A DNA stretch of 50,028 nt from Phoronis australis (Eukaryota; Animalia; Phoronida). A model generated the notes under the pieces. The model ran no database searches, had not been told where the DNA came from, and saw only the letters and a list, made by a program, of their open reading frames with translations. Numbering within the stretch: the first letter of the stretch is position 1; the number at the start of each line of letters is the position of its first letter. Positions 33,214-46,093 of this stretch are shown here, piece by piece. The translations under genes and the position numbers were made by a program. The stretch spans positions 391,459 to 441,486 of the forward strand of contig NMRA01000373.1 in the NCBI GenBank assembly GCA_002633005.1, in the 5' to 3' direction.

Positions 33214-36200
33214 TTAGTCCTCTTCATTAGAGTCGGAATCTTCACTCCATGGATCACCTTCCGAATCTGACAGTTCTTCAGAAGAACTATCTCTAATGCT
33301 GGTTGTTTCATTCCCAAGGTTATTGTTGTTGACTTCTACATTCGAACTGAACAATATGCCAGTGAGAATGGACACCTCAAACCAAACTGGCAGAAGTGTG
33401 TGAGTTTCAGTTGCATGCCAACCATAATCAGTTGGTGTCAGTCCATCCCCAGGATACGCTGTCGCGGCACAGGTCCATAACGCTATGACGTACCGAGTTC
33501 GGCAAACCTTCATCTGCAGGCTACGGAGACAAGGCGTGTAAAACTAATTCAAAATAGAAACCATTTTTATTTAAAGGAGGCAACCATAACACGTTACTTA
33601 GACTTCATTTACATACCAGAAGTAATCACAGCTAATCGAATTCAATCAATTCTTGTCACTACTGCAATAATCAAGATTTCGATAACATACCTATAAAAGG
33701 CAGATGTGTAGTCACATGCAGTGAAGGCACGGTATCCAGGCATTGCAGCTGGCAAGTCCGTACTTGCGCTCTTGAAGAATGTTTGCTATGTCGGAAATGT
33801 TGACAAATCTATTTCCCATCCCACAGACCATGACAAAATTGGTCGTGGATCTTATTTCTCGCCGCTGGTGTCCGAGTGTACCAATCAAAATTACTAAACA
33901 TCTGTATCTGAAGCTCTCACCATAACACGATAGGGATGTTTGCGACGTGGAACGCAATAAGCGTATCCGCTTCCTCGTGGTCACCTTGGAGATGGGCAGG
34001 TTTTGTCACCATGATTTGCTGGTTATCGTCGGGAAAGAACTGGTAGCAGTCACCACCGCGGGAAACAAACAAGGATTTCCCACCAAACATGTGCCAATAA
34101 TGGTCTTTTCTCCATTCCGTCAAAAAGAACTTCGCCAGTTCATTCTTGAACACGCTGTTGCTCAGAAGTGTTTGTGAGCTCTGTTGCATAGTTTGATCAG
34201 GCCCTGTTATGGCATACATGGAATTACATGTAAAGTCCCCGCGATATTTCCGTTCGCTGTCGTTAATTGAGTTTTCTACATACTTGTCTAGACACAAGTG
34301 AGCTTCCTCTGTCCTCCCCGAACAGACCATTGATAACATCGGTCGTGCAACTGATTCGTAAGTTGCACCTATTTTCGTCTGTGAGATGAGTGAATGTAGA
34401 AGAAGACCACCATCAAAAACCTTCACGTAGTCGTGTAGAAAATCTCCATCTGTTATAGGTTCTGTCTGGAACAATTCAAGTTTTTTCAACAAAGCAGACT
34501 TTTCCGTTCTGACGAGCGCTCCATCGCAGTGAGCAAGTGCTAATGGATAAGGTGTGACAGGGTGTGAGAGAAGTTGTCGAAGATCGAAGTCTGCCCTCTC
34601 TGCTACAACTACGACTACGCGTATGAACAAATCTCTTAGACTCTCTGCGGCTGTCTTGTTTCTCTGGGAGGCCCATGATTTGGCTTTATTTTTCACGCTT
34701 TCAGCAGCGAAATTTTGGACAGCTGCACGTTTAACTGGTCGCAGAAACCGAATTCTGTCATCTTTCCATTCCTGATGGAATTTTTCCCTCGTATCATGGG
34801 CTCGGCTCAGCGCATTGATCAGGTAGTCTTCCGTTGCTTGGGATGCTGCTTGGCCAGTTGCGACATTGACCAGACCTGGTGAAGCGTTGTTCTCAAACGG
34901 ATTGCAGATATTATCGATTTTGACACTGAGTGATGCCATCTGTTCGTTATCTTTTTTGATTCTTGAAGGACTGCCCTGACTCTGCACTCTCCCCGATTTC
35001 AAGTAATGCAAATGTCCTAAAGTCAGTTACAACCATTGCCCTTTGTGTCATAGAGAGGGACCATCGACGCACTGCATTCTCTGAATTGCGGAAAGCCACT
35101 ATCCCTGTCATGCTCGATGCTGCATCCCCGCTGACGGACTGTTCCAAAGAGAGGTCAACAGCCGATCTACTGAAGTTGTTCCTCGTACGTTGAACTGAAA
35201 ACGCTTCGTTTTCCAGCACTTCGCGCAATTGTGGGTCTGCAAATTTCAATTTTTGTTAAAACAACGTTCCCCATCTGGCGTAGTTTGGGCAGTTCAGGGC
35301 AAAGAATACATCTAGCATTGTCGGGAAAATGTTGATATAACCACTGACGTCACTGGTCTTGACGCATCTCTGGAGTTCTCTGTGCGTGCGGTTTATGAGA
35401 AAGATGTAGGTTGTCCAAAACTGAGCAGTTTTGCCATATTTGCCATTAATCACTGTGTGAAAGAAATCTTCATACTTCTGGAGATGCTGAGTGATCACAG
35501 GATCATCAAGGTTTGCCTCTATTTGTTCTGGATCTGAAGGGACTGCGGTCATAACCGTTAGGAACGAATCCTATTCCTCCGGAGCCAAGTCATGTAGAAA
35601 TTTTTGGTACATCTTGCCCTCCATGACGTTAGCAAGAAGCTCGTGAACCCAAGTGCACCTGTTGTAGAATTTTCCTTTAATGAAGCCCATCATAGACTCT
35701 TCTGCCAAGATACCAGTCTCTGAAAGTAGGAACTCCATGCCACTTCCATTCATCGTGGTTCCCACAGCTCCATAAAAAGCCAGCTCTGTATGAAAATTGC
35801 CGAGCATTATCAGCAGCTTATCAAACAATAGTCTTTCAAGTTCTTGTATTGCGTAGGCTTTTAAAGCAACTGGAATTTAAGTCGTACATGTATGTGACAT
35901 CTGCGTAGTCTTGCCCAGTCTCTCTGGCTACATTCATTGTGCGGATCATAGTTTCTTTAAAAATATCGTTGTTGGTTGGTGATTTTGAAATGGGGTCCAT
36001 GTAACAGATCCTTTGAAGAGGCAATGGGTCCCGTACATGTATGTAACTGCTCATAAATCCAGCATGCAGTGGAGTGTTACCTTCCCTTAGTTTCAAAACC
36101 CAGTAGAGATCTAACAAGTTGAGCTGTATGTTCTTGTAGTTTACTTTAGTGTCTCTGACAAGATTGTCACGTGTTTGAGCATAGTTTATGTTGATACTTG

Positions 36201-37130
36201 AAACAGTAGCACCCTTAAGAGATTTTCTGAATGGCCACACTTCCTGCTCTACCCCCACAAACTTTCGACGATTCCTTCCTTCTCGAAACAACAGTGCAGC
36301 AGAAGCGTCTTCCTTTTCTTCTACCACCACATTCTGGTAGCTATGACCAACAGTTGCATGCAGTGTTGATATGCCATCTAATGTTTCGACGTGTGAGTCA
36401 TTATTATCTCAAACAGCGGCAGTAGCTAGATTTGAAAGGAGTCGAATACCATCCGATGCTTCGCTTCCATACGACTCTATGGAATACGCAAACTCAGTCT
36501 CAAGGCCTTTGCTAGCTTTGTAGCCGATGGAATGTCCTGCTCTGTTAAGAATCTGCAAAGACAGTTGTGAACCTGTCACAGAATACAGACCAAGTCCCAG
36601 AGACGTGTTCTTCCAAGGCCTCACATTACCACGGGTAACGTTGTAAATGGCGTCAGATGCCATTGCGGTCACTTTGTGGTCAATGGATTCTCTTTGAGAG
36701 TTTGATGTTGTAATGCCATCGAGAAGAGTTCGGTAGAACAGTTCTAGTTGCTGCGGTAACTTTGGTGCACATGATTTCAAATTCTGCAGTGTTGTTGGAA
36801 TAGGTGTCTGTGACTTGGGCAGTTGCAAGATTTGAGACCGAAGATGAAGAGCAGCCCATCTCAGTTTGTCATTTGGGTAGTTTTCTTCAGTTTCACCTTG
36901 CTGCTGAACTAATGCATCTTCTTATGTTACAGCAGAGCTGTAAATAAAGTTGCCTTCCCGTTGATTTGACAATCTCACTTGAATTCTGCCTCCAAATTGG
37001 TCTTTGATCTTCTTAAGGAGATTCTGAGTTGTGTATGCTGAGACATCAGATTCTGTCTCACCATTACTTACGCACTCTTCTTTGTTCAAATCTAGCAAAG
37101 TAGAGAGAAGTATTGACCGCCGATTTTCAA
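33214..37130 (-). pseudogene. Academ transposase (DDE domain plus XPG/PIN-like nuclease), fragmented
   Basis: VTY..DL; MLGNFH...GSG...KFYNR; AQFW...NYARW; DLSLEQS; NPF...LVNVATG; FDGG; DKY...ER..RG; HEEADTLIAFH; DTDVLV; DYGW followed by an acidic tail. Confidence 0.88.
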
Positions 37131-37345
37131 GAACCTCAATTTTCGAGTGTCATTCTCTTGGCTCCACTTACCACACCCACCAGAGCGAACCTGCCAGACG
37201 GCCATTTCCAAGCATCAGTATACCCATAGAGCACTGTGGCACCAAAGAAAATTGGTTACCATTTTATGCCCAAAAAGCTCTGGGATCCCGGTCAACTGGC
37301 AAAATTAGCAAATTTTACTTCTGGCAAGTACGTCGTCTGTTAGTC

Positions 37346-37528
37346 ATGGTCGGCTGTTGTGTAGTTGGGGGTTCAGCCAAACGAACGAAATGTAAAGGAC
37401 TGAGTTTTCACAGCGTCCGCAGACCACAAAACCTGCTAAGGGAGGAAAAGCGCATTTCCTGCAACAGCACTTCATTCATTTGTTCAAGACATTTGGATGA
37501 TGCATGTTTTGTTAAGAAGCGCTCGTAA
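37346..37528 (+). pseudogene. THAP-domain remnant of an older DNA transposon
   Basis: MVGCCVVGG...GLSFHS...SFICSRHLDDACF. Confidence 0.7.
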
Positions 37529-37580
37529 TACAATATATCAAATGAGTCATCTTCGTTGGCCCTGATCGATCAGGCGGTTA

Positions 37581-38251
37581 TAGCCTTGGCGCATAGCTGT
37601 AAGCCTATACTAAATTATATAGGGTTTTCCACCAATGTGGGTAAAAAACTGACCACGAGAGAAAAATTAGTGCCATTAAAAACTACACCCTTCCTTGAGT
37701 ACACAAAATGATTTACTGGTGTTGGGAAAATTGGCATTCTACCGTTATTCAGTAGATAAAGTTGTGGAGCGATCTTTTGCATCCACTTTCGGCGCCATGA
37801 AATATTGTGTCACCTATTGGCCAGTTTCTTTTTTCGCCGATTCTTCAATCAACTGTTGCTCTTTCATGAGGTTGCGTACACGTCACAACAAATTATCGGA
37901 AGTTTTTAGAATTTTGATACCAGGAAACCGAATTTTAGAAGAACGTTTTTCTGCTGCCAAGCTATCATCATAACTATTCTTTGTTAGAAACGGCAGAGGA
38001 TTATGCAAGAAAATGAAGTTGATTAGATTGTTTTTCATGGCTGTAACAGGCAAGGTGAGTATCGGTTGATTCCCAGATTTTGCATGTACCCTGTCCGATC
38101 TTTAGCTTTCCATGTTGATACAGGTTTCACGGCAAGGTGACGTGCAGAACTTCCCTGGCTGTGTGCAATTTCGGGGTCTATGGAAGATTAACACACAGTG
38201 GTACCAAGCTGTATTTTGACGACAGTCTTCATACAGCTAGCTAGCTGGCTA
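37581..38251 (-). mobile_element. Non-autonomous TAG..CTA element (AcademH-like), copy 1
   Basis: TAGCCTTGG...GCTGGCTA, the reverse-complement homolog of 38261-38984. No TSD seen. Confidence 0.7.
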
Positions 38252-38260
38252 GGTCTACAG

Positions 38261-38984
38261 TAGCCAGCCAGTTAGCTGTATGAAAAATATGATCAAAATA
38301 CAGCTAAGTAACATTGTGTGTACTTCTTCCGTAGACCTCGAAATTGCACACACCCAGGGTAGTTCTACTCGTCACCTCGCCGTGAAACCTGTATCAACAT
38401 GTAAAGCTAAAGACCGGACGGGGTGCATGCAATATCTGGGAATCAACCGATACTCACCTTTCCCATTATAGCCGTTTAAGTGAAAAACAATGCAATAAAC
38501 GTCATTTTCATGCGTAACTTTCCGCCTTTTCTAACAACAAAAAGTATGTCGTCGTTTTGGAAACAGTACGCTCGTGTAAGGCGCACGCACCATTTCCTAA
38601 ATTTTTGCGGCAACTTCGCAGCAGCAAAACTTGTTCTGAAATTTGGTTTTTCGGTTATCGAAATTCTAAAGACTTATAATGAAGTGAAACCACTTCCAAT
38701 AATTTGCTGTGACATGTACGCAAGCTCGTGAAAGAATAACAGTTGATTGAAGAATCGGCGAAAAAAGAAACTGGCCAATAGGCGACGCAGTATTTTATGG
38801 CGCCAAAAGCCGTCACTAAAGATCGCTCCACGACATTTTTTACAACACCGTTCAATAATTTTGTTTACTCAAAGAAGGCTGTAGTTTTTAATGACATTAA
38901 TTTTGTGTCAGATTTTATATTAACACTTTTTACCCACATCGGTGCAAAGCTGTATATTTAGTATATAGCTTTGTACCAAGGCTA
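38261..38984 (+). mobile_element. Non-autonomous TAG..CTA element (AcademH-like), copy 2, with 9-bp TSD
   Basis: TAGCCAGCC...CCAAGGCTA, with GGTCTACAG at 38252-38260 and 38985-38993. Confidence 0.78.
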
Positions 38985-39118
38985 GGTCTACAGATACTCA
39001 CAGGCAGCCTCAGCTTCTGATCGTCCCCAATACATTATATAATACTACAAGGTATGACACTCCAGACTAGAAATTCCACGGGGGCTTCACTTCAGCCGTC
39101 CACAGCAAACACAAAACT

Positions 39119-39571
39119 CAATAAATTTACACAAAACAGAGGTTCAACAAAATGTGAGGAATTGTTCTTTCTCACAATACCATTTATGGTGTCCTGCTCC
39201 ACAGAGTTCGCAAGAAATTTGCGGTCAAAGCCCAAAAATCTTACCTAAAAGTCCTTCCGGAGCAACTGCCGTGACATACGCAAAGGGTGCTGAATTATCC
39301 GATAAGTTAAAATGAACGGCAATTGCCGAGTTATCGATGCCGTGACTTTCCGTGATGAATCGGCAATTGCCGTTCATCCGTAACTCACCGGATAATTCCG
39401 TACCCTTAGCGTGTGACACGGGATTTGCTCCGGATGGACTGTATGGGAAGATTTTTGTGCTTTGACCACGAATTTCTTGCGAACTCGGTGGAGCAGGACA
39501 CCATGAATGATATTGGGAGAAAGAACAATTCCTCATGGTTTGTTGAACCACAGTTTTATGTAAACTTATTG
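39119..39571. mobile_element. Foldback element (~215 bp inverted arms, short loop)
   Basis: CAATAAATTTAC...ATGAACGGCAATTGCCGA / TCGGCAATTGCCGTTCAT...GTAAACTTATTG. Confidence 0.8.
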
Positions 39572-39730
39572 TNAAGCTTTCCTAAGCTTCTTTAGGCTCT
39601 GACATCACAATTTTGTGCTGTTTGATAAACCTTGAATTATACAGACATCACATTCCATGGGAGCAGCCATATTGAAGTAACTAAGCACAACAATACAATC
39701 TGGCTCTCTGATTGGTCAATTCACTAGAAA

Positions 39731-39746
39731 AGCGCCATCAAGTGGC
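39731..39746 (-). promoter_or_regulatory. CTCF-like motif
   Basis: GCCACTTGATGGCGCT, close to the CCASYAGRKGGCRS core. Motif match only. Confidence 0.3.
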
Positions 39747-40729
39747 AGGAATATGCATCATATTTTGTGCAACAAAAACACCTTTTTTTAAAAAAATGTG
39801 CAAGTGTAGACGTGGGAACTTTTTGGAATTTGATTTTTAGTTATATTATCTAGCCACATAGAAAAAACTAGGTTGCCCCCCCAAAGTACTCACAAGGATG
39901 AACGCTATGAGATTTGGCCCACCGACTAATAGCACAGTGGCCTCATGGAAGCCAGGGAATTTTCCGAAGAAAATTTGAAATTTTAAATACGAAAGACGTT
40001 TTAAAAAATTGGTAACACAAATCAATGTGAATCTGTGATCCACGCATAACTTAAACGGTCATATAAGCCATTGTAAAGACAAAGCTCCTAATGCTGAAAT
40101 TCTCACGGAGTGCTGCTAGGGACTGGGATGTTTTGCCGGCTCAGTCGAAAAGACAGTCAGTGAAATGTATAAAGTTTGGAAAATATTTCGGTTATACTAC
40201 GTGGTATTATACAGTGATTAACCTGTTCCATCGTTACAATTGCATAGAACGAATTTTTAGCGGCTTATAAACCGACAAGACGATCAGCTGTCAAGAGGCC
40301 AAATCACTTATGTGAAGTTTAGCTTAGTCATTGAGATATGGTAGGGTTCATCCTATAACAGGAACTCGTTACGAAATTTGTAAATTATGTGTTTCTAACC
40401 CTCACCTACAGTAAATAAGGTTAAAAAGTAAAGTTCACACTTTCATATAAAAAGAATATGTTAGCCAAGGTAACACAGCAAATTATTCAATATCTAAACA
40501 AACCAAAAAAAGGCCAAAAAGGACAACAAAATGTAGTGTACGTACCCCAAAGTGAAATTCAGTAACACAATGGTGATTGCAAATGAAATTGTTGCCTTTT
40601 AAATAACAAAATGGTGGTTGTTATCATCAAAGAAAAATAAATGTCCATACAACATTATGTTACTATGTGATGCAGGTGATGCAGAGACAGTGACGTAGTG
40701 TATGTAAACCCCTATGTAGTGTACCCATC

Positions 40730-40990
40730 GATATTCTGTGCTTGAATGAAGCACGACTCTCCTTTATCGTCAATGATTCTGAGATCACCATTTACGGCTT
40801 TGAATTGAATAGAAATGTCCGTAACAGGAAAGGTGTTACCATCTACACGAAAGAAGGACAGACTAGCCGTCAGCTCCAGCACCATGACGACCATGTGGAA
40901 TCGCTCTGGGTTGAGAATGGCATCCCTAAACCGAAGAGATTAATTATGGAATCAGCCTACAGAAGGCAGAGTACACAGAAAAAATGACTG
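40730..40990 (+). mobile_element. L2/CR1-group LINE, APE endonuclease fragment (5' part)
   Basis: LNEARL...DSEITIYGF...RNRKGVTIY...VESLWVE...AYR. Confidence 0.75.
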
Positions 40991-40999
40991 AACAGAAAC

Positions 41000-41500
41000 A
41001 TCGCCCTCTTTAAGGCAATGGTCCTCCTCGTGTTCCACGCCTTCCTACGCATCGGCGAATTTATGCTACCTTCCCTTTCCTCTGATCCCTCACTCACCCT
41101 CTAACGCTCCTTAGTCCAAGTTTTTCCCCACCCCTTCAGCCCCCCTACATGACTGTTCCCCTCTCCAATTTCAAACACCACCATTCCACCCCGTTACCCT
41201 CCCATTCCTTCATCTTCCTCTCCTTATTGTCCCGTTGCCCACCTCTGCACCTTTCTGGCCTTATGTCTCCATTTTTCGACCCCCTTTTCCGTCTCGCCGA
41301 CTACTCACCAGTCACTTGTTTCTTATTCACCCAAACACTCAATGCCGTCATAATGTCTGCCTTCCTTGACCCCGCACTCTACAAGTCTCACAGTTTCTGC
41401 ATCGGCGCTGCCACCTCTCATGCTGCTCTCGCCATCCCGGAGCCTATCATCCAACGCATAGGCCGCTAGAAGTCTGACGCCGTCAAGGGCTACATATTCA
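41000..41500 (+). pseudogene. Tyrosine recombinase of a DIRS/Ngaro-type retrotransposon (element probably extends to about 42500)
   Basis: FKAMVLLVFHAFLRIGEF...CP...PLF...YKSHSFCIGAAT...IGR*KSDAVKGYI; C/T-rich composition. Confidence 0.85.
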
Positions 41501-42549
41501 GGTCAATTTCCCCCTACCTCGTCCCATATTTCGCCTCCAATTGTCCATGTCTTGTCTCTCCATCCCCCTCCTTCCCCACACCACACTTTACCTCCCCTCA
41601 GGTGTCAGTATTGCCTGCATCTCCCACTCTGGTGTCCGTATTGCCTTTGCCTTTTCCCTGCCCTGGTCCGGCCATTTTCCCTCACCCCCCACTCACATCC
41701 CCGGTGTCAGTATTGCCTGCACCTTCCTCATTAACACCAGCCCCTTCGTATCATTGTTAGTCTCATTCGCAGTTTATTTTGTATTTTTTGTTTCTTTGGT
41801 TACCTTCCTAGTTTTAATCTAATCCCTGTTAGCCATTTTGTTAGGCCTCTGGCTATATTTTGTGTTCATTAACCTTTAACTTGTTACTCTACTTCCTTTA
41901 GTTAAACTATTGTTTGCTTTATTTCTATTAGGTTAGCTATTTTGTTATTCTCTGTTAGCCGTTTTGATTCTATTGTTCATTTTCTTTTATTTTTAGTTTC
42001 TCTTCCGTTTCATTTGCATTACCGTATTGCTCCATCCACGTTTCTCGATTTTCACTATTTTTCAAGTTCTTTCTTACCTTTTAGTTTGTTGTATCATGTT
42101 TTCGTTCTTTAACACTTTTTGCTCATCCGTCAATATCAATTTCTTTCCCCCATGACACGGGGTGAGTCAGCACCGGCCCCTATTCCAGCCCTTTGCAATC
42201 ATACCTCCCCTCCGGTTTGGCACCAGGAGTTAGGATTGGGTATCCGGCTGACAGCATTTGTAAGTAGTCCTGCAGATCTTTCTTTTCATTTATCTCCTTT
42301 CGGATGTCCCTGCAGATGGGCATGAGCTGCCTTACAACATCTATAGTGGCGCTTGTTACCCATCTCACCAGAGATTACCATTTTATGTTACTTACCTGTA
42401 TAATTGTATTAGTCATGATAAATGACCTTATGTCGCCTACCTCGGTCTCCTTTTCATCTCTGGTTACGAACTTGGGACGCACGTATTATTTATCTATTAT
42501 TCGGGACATATGTCGACCATAAAAAATATGGTACATAATCACGCTCACA

Positions 42550-43250
42550 CTTGCAAAGATTTTATTGTTCACTGGTGATTTTAATTACGATGCATTGTGT
42601 AAGAAGACGGTGGGTAAAATCAAGGCATGGGAACGAGAGTTGGGTGTGCAGAATATTAACCTGCACACAAGGGTTACCGACAAAACTTTCACATGCCTTG
42701 GTCTTATTATTGTTTTATAGTATACCCATTGGGATTATTGATCATGATCTTGAACTTAAAACTGCTCTCAACAACGAGCTAGCCCTTAAATCCATGACTG
42801 GCTGGTTCAAAATAAACTCACTCTGAACGTTAGTAAAACCAAGTCCATGCTGTTAGGACCCCACCAGAAATTAAAACATACATGTAACTGTCCCTTTCTT
42901 TCAACGGTTCTCCTATCGAGAGTGTCGACAAGTTTAGGTACTTGGGATTCCAATTCCAAATGTAATGTGTACATAGATCACATCACAAAGTAATGGGCCT
43001 CATTTTAGATCCCAATCTTAGATATAATATGCACATAGATCAAATCACAAAGTAATTATCAAACAAAATCGGCGTACTTAAACGTCCACTAAGTAAATTT
43101 CTTAATGTCGAGCACTCTTAAGACACTTTAACATTTTATTATTCAGCCTCATATTGGTATTGTTTGCTGATTTGGAGACACACCAGCGACACACTTGTCA
43201 GCAAAGTCCAAGTAATTCAAAATACAGCCGCTTACGCTATCCTGCTAGAC
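42550..43250 (+). mobile_element. L2/CR1-group LINE, remaining EN and RT/C-terminal fragments
   Basis: LFTGDFNYD; WFKINSL..LNVSKTKSMLLG; IESVDKFRYLG; SNKIGVL; KVQVIQNTAA. Confidence 0.8.
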
Positions 43251-44304
43251 AAGAGTGTTATTAAAGTAATGAAAACAGGTATGAAACATATTTAAAAACA
43301 ACCTTCCTTTGGCAAGAGGTCCTTTGTCAAGATCCAACTCAAATTAACTTTTTAGTCTTTTTGTTAGATTTGAAATTTACCAAGTTAAAACTGCTCTCCC
43401 CATTGCAGGCTTTACTCTGTGCAAATGCCAGAGTAAAACAAGTTGGGTGTAATAAGGACCACCATTGTTAAGAAAGTAGTGCTAGCTATTACCTTCCCAC
43501 TTCATTAGCTCAGATCTACATTAATACAAAGGGCGAGCTGAATAGGCTCCATACAAGTTGTCTGGGGCTTAGGGAATCAGAGGGGTGACCAGTGTAAGCG
43601 AGAAATTCTCCACAAGAATGCATCATCATCTAGAACAACTTGATCAGTGCTGTAATAATTTTTTTCCTTCAATATGTGATGCTTCTTCAATTTAATCGAG
43701 AAGTTACTAAATTAACAACTACCATCTGATTTTTGTTGCATGACAGAAGTGGGCTGTGACCACAAGTTGTAGTGTACGTACCCCTTTATGCAAGTACGAT
43801 GCATTAGGCCATAAAATTTTTTTCGGTGGTACTTGTACAAAAATATTTTAGATTACAAAGGTAGAGTGATAGTGCTTTAAAAACAACCCAGCTTTCATAG
43901 TAATACGACATCCTTCATTTTTCACAGAAGTGGCCACCGAATACGGACCTTGATTGTGTTTTGCCCTTTATAAGAGAGGGACAAGTCCAGACCAATTTTA
44001 TAAGCCCCAAAGGACAGTCTTCCTTCACATACTATCCTAAAACTTGCTACTTGGTTTTTGCACGAGTGTTTTGAGAACACGCACGCCTCTATATTCTGAT
44101 CTGAAGCATTTATGATCCAAATGCATGGCTCCATATACACAGTTTGATTTCACAACATTTAAGATGCCAATGTTTTCTTAACCTCTCTAGAAAAGTGTTG
44201 TTTCATCCAAATTATGGTCCACAATCAGTACAACCCTATTGTGTTTTGGTAGTGTCTCTTTTCGAGAGTGTAAGTAGAGCACTCTTTTGTGTAAACGATT
44301 TCCC

Positions 44305-45371
44305 TCACACACTACACCAGTATGGTCTATCGCCAGAGTGGGTTCTTGTGTGGTCAAGAAGAGTATGATTTCGTATAAAAGTCTTTCCGCACACACTACA
44401 GGTGTATGGTCTCTCGCCAGTGTGCATTCTTGTGTGTTCACGAAGAGATTGATTTCGTCTAAAAGTCTTTCCACACACACTGCAACTGTAAGGTCTCTCG
44501 CCAGTGTGTATTCTTGTGTGCTGAAGAAGATTTTGATTTTGACTGAAATTCTTTCCACACAAACTGCAGCTGTAAGGTCTCTCAACAGTGTGTGTTCTTG
44601 TGTGCTGAAGAAGATTTCGATATCCACTAAAATTCTTTCCACACCTCGAGCAACTGTATAGTTTCTCACTAGCATGAGTTTCTGTGTGGGTCGCTAGTTC
44701 ACTACTGTGTCTAAAAGACTTCCCAAACACAGCGCAACTGTACAGCTTGTCATCAGCGTGTCTGCTTGCATGCATCAGCAACGAGTTGCTTTGCCTCAAT
44801 GAGTTTCCAGAAATAGAACAGTCATATGGTCTCTCGTTAGAGTGCATTCTGGTATGATTAAGAAGAGGTTTGTCCTGGGCAAAAGAAGTCCTGCATTTGT
44901 TTGGTCTCTCATGAGTGTGTGTTCGTGAATGCACAGAAAGGTTACACCTCTTCTTGAACACCTTGTCACATATGTTGTACTTAAACTGTTGCACTTCAGT
45001 AGCGTTGTTTGTTGTACTTTGGAGTGATTCCCGAGTTACGCTAGCTGCAGTGTTTCCTTCTACAACATCATAATTATCACACTCCAGTTTGAACTCTGTA
45101 TGTAGAAATATATTTTTAACCACAGGGGAGACCACTCCATCATTAACAGCTTTGTCTTCAGTCACCTCTTGCTTGATGCAACATTCTTCTGTACTACAGT
45201 CACGTGCACTACCAGTAATACCACCTCCATTATATTTTGTGCCACAACCATCATCCAGGTTGTTCAAACATTTTCCAAGCTCCCTCTTACCTCCATCGTC
45301 ACAGCTCAGGTCATTAGGTTTTTCTTGTTCGACAGTCAATCCATCTACATGTCTTTTATCCACGTTAAAAG
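44305..45371 (-). CDS. Terminal exon of a C2H2 zinc-finger protein gene
   Basis: Acceptor TGTGTTACAG just before 45371. Four canonical fingers with TGERPY-type linkers are preceded by four degenerate fingers. A ninth finger is cut by TGA in place of Cys. Confidence 0.85.
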
Positions 45372-45958
45372 CTGTAACACAAAAATATATATCAAAACTT
45401 TTAGCACTTTTATTCCCAAGCTAGGAATGTTAGGACCTGTTTACAAAGGTTCAAATGCATAGCAAACATGGCCCTCCTTATCAACACAAGTTTAACACCA
45501 GGAAATTAATTTTCTTAAATCAAGTGAACATGTGTATTAAAACTACATTGCATCATCGCGATTTTCATTCTTTCTAGTCAAGCTTCTAGAAGACTTAGTA
45601 GTTCAAATAACTAGACTATAAGCCATGCTGAAAACTCCTTTCCAATGAATAGATCAAGGCTTAGGTTTTTGTTAACAAAATCACCATCACTTCCGCACCA
45701 ATTTTGAAAATTCAAAATTTAGCATAGTCCAATTTTTACTCCTCTGTTTAGATTTTAAGGTTTCCATTAGTTTGCATGTCTCAAAAAATGGAAAAGTATA
45801 GCCTGCACGCTATGAAGCCTTTGTTCAAGATAAAAGGTGAGAGTGAAATGTGTAAGAGCCTGTCCAACAGACCATACGAAACATTGGAGAAATTTAATAT
45901 TTCTCCAAATAGATTCTCAACTGAGGGGATACTTAAGCATGTTACATCAAAAATTTAC

Positions 45959-46093
45959 CCATAACATTAAGAGACCGAGCCATTCCGTAAAGAGGTGGAC
46001 AATGCTTCTCCACATCACCCTGGGAAAACGAGCGTCGCTGTATGACATTGATATATACTGTGTGGTACAGGGCAATTATCGCATTAGCAATGT
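45959..46093 (-). CDS. Candidate upstream exon of the zinc-finger gene
   Basis: TTTTTTGCTTTAG acceptor, GTAAAT donor, 135 bp open frame, phase 1-1 and in frame with the 45371 exon. Confidence 0.45.

Larger units (their letters stand above)
31778..37295 (-). mobile_element. Decayed Academ DNA transposon
   Basis: ~160 bp TIRs (31778-31939, 37136-37295) beginning TAGACCGGGATCCC. CTG on both sides (31775-31777, 37296-37298). Transposase remnants inside. Confidence 0.9.

Noticed and set aside
37695-38855. Pair of similar ORFs (37695-37973 +, 38655-38855 -)
   Set aside because: A by-product of the inverted element copies; the reading frames are not conserved beyond a short stretch
44187-44675. 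Repetitive ORFs overlapping the zinc-finger exon
   Set aside because: Alternative frames of the 84-bp finger repeat
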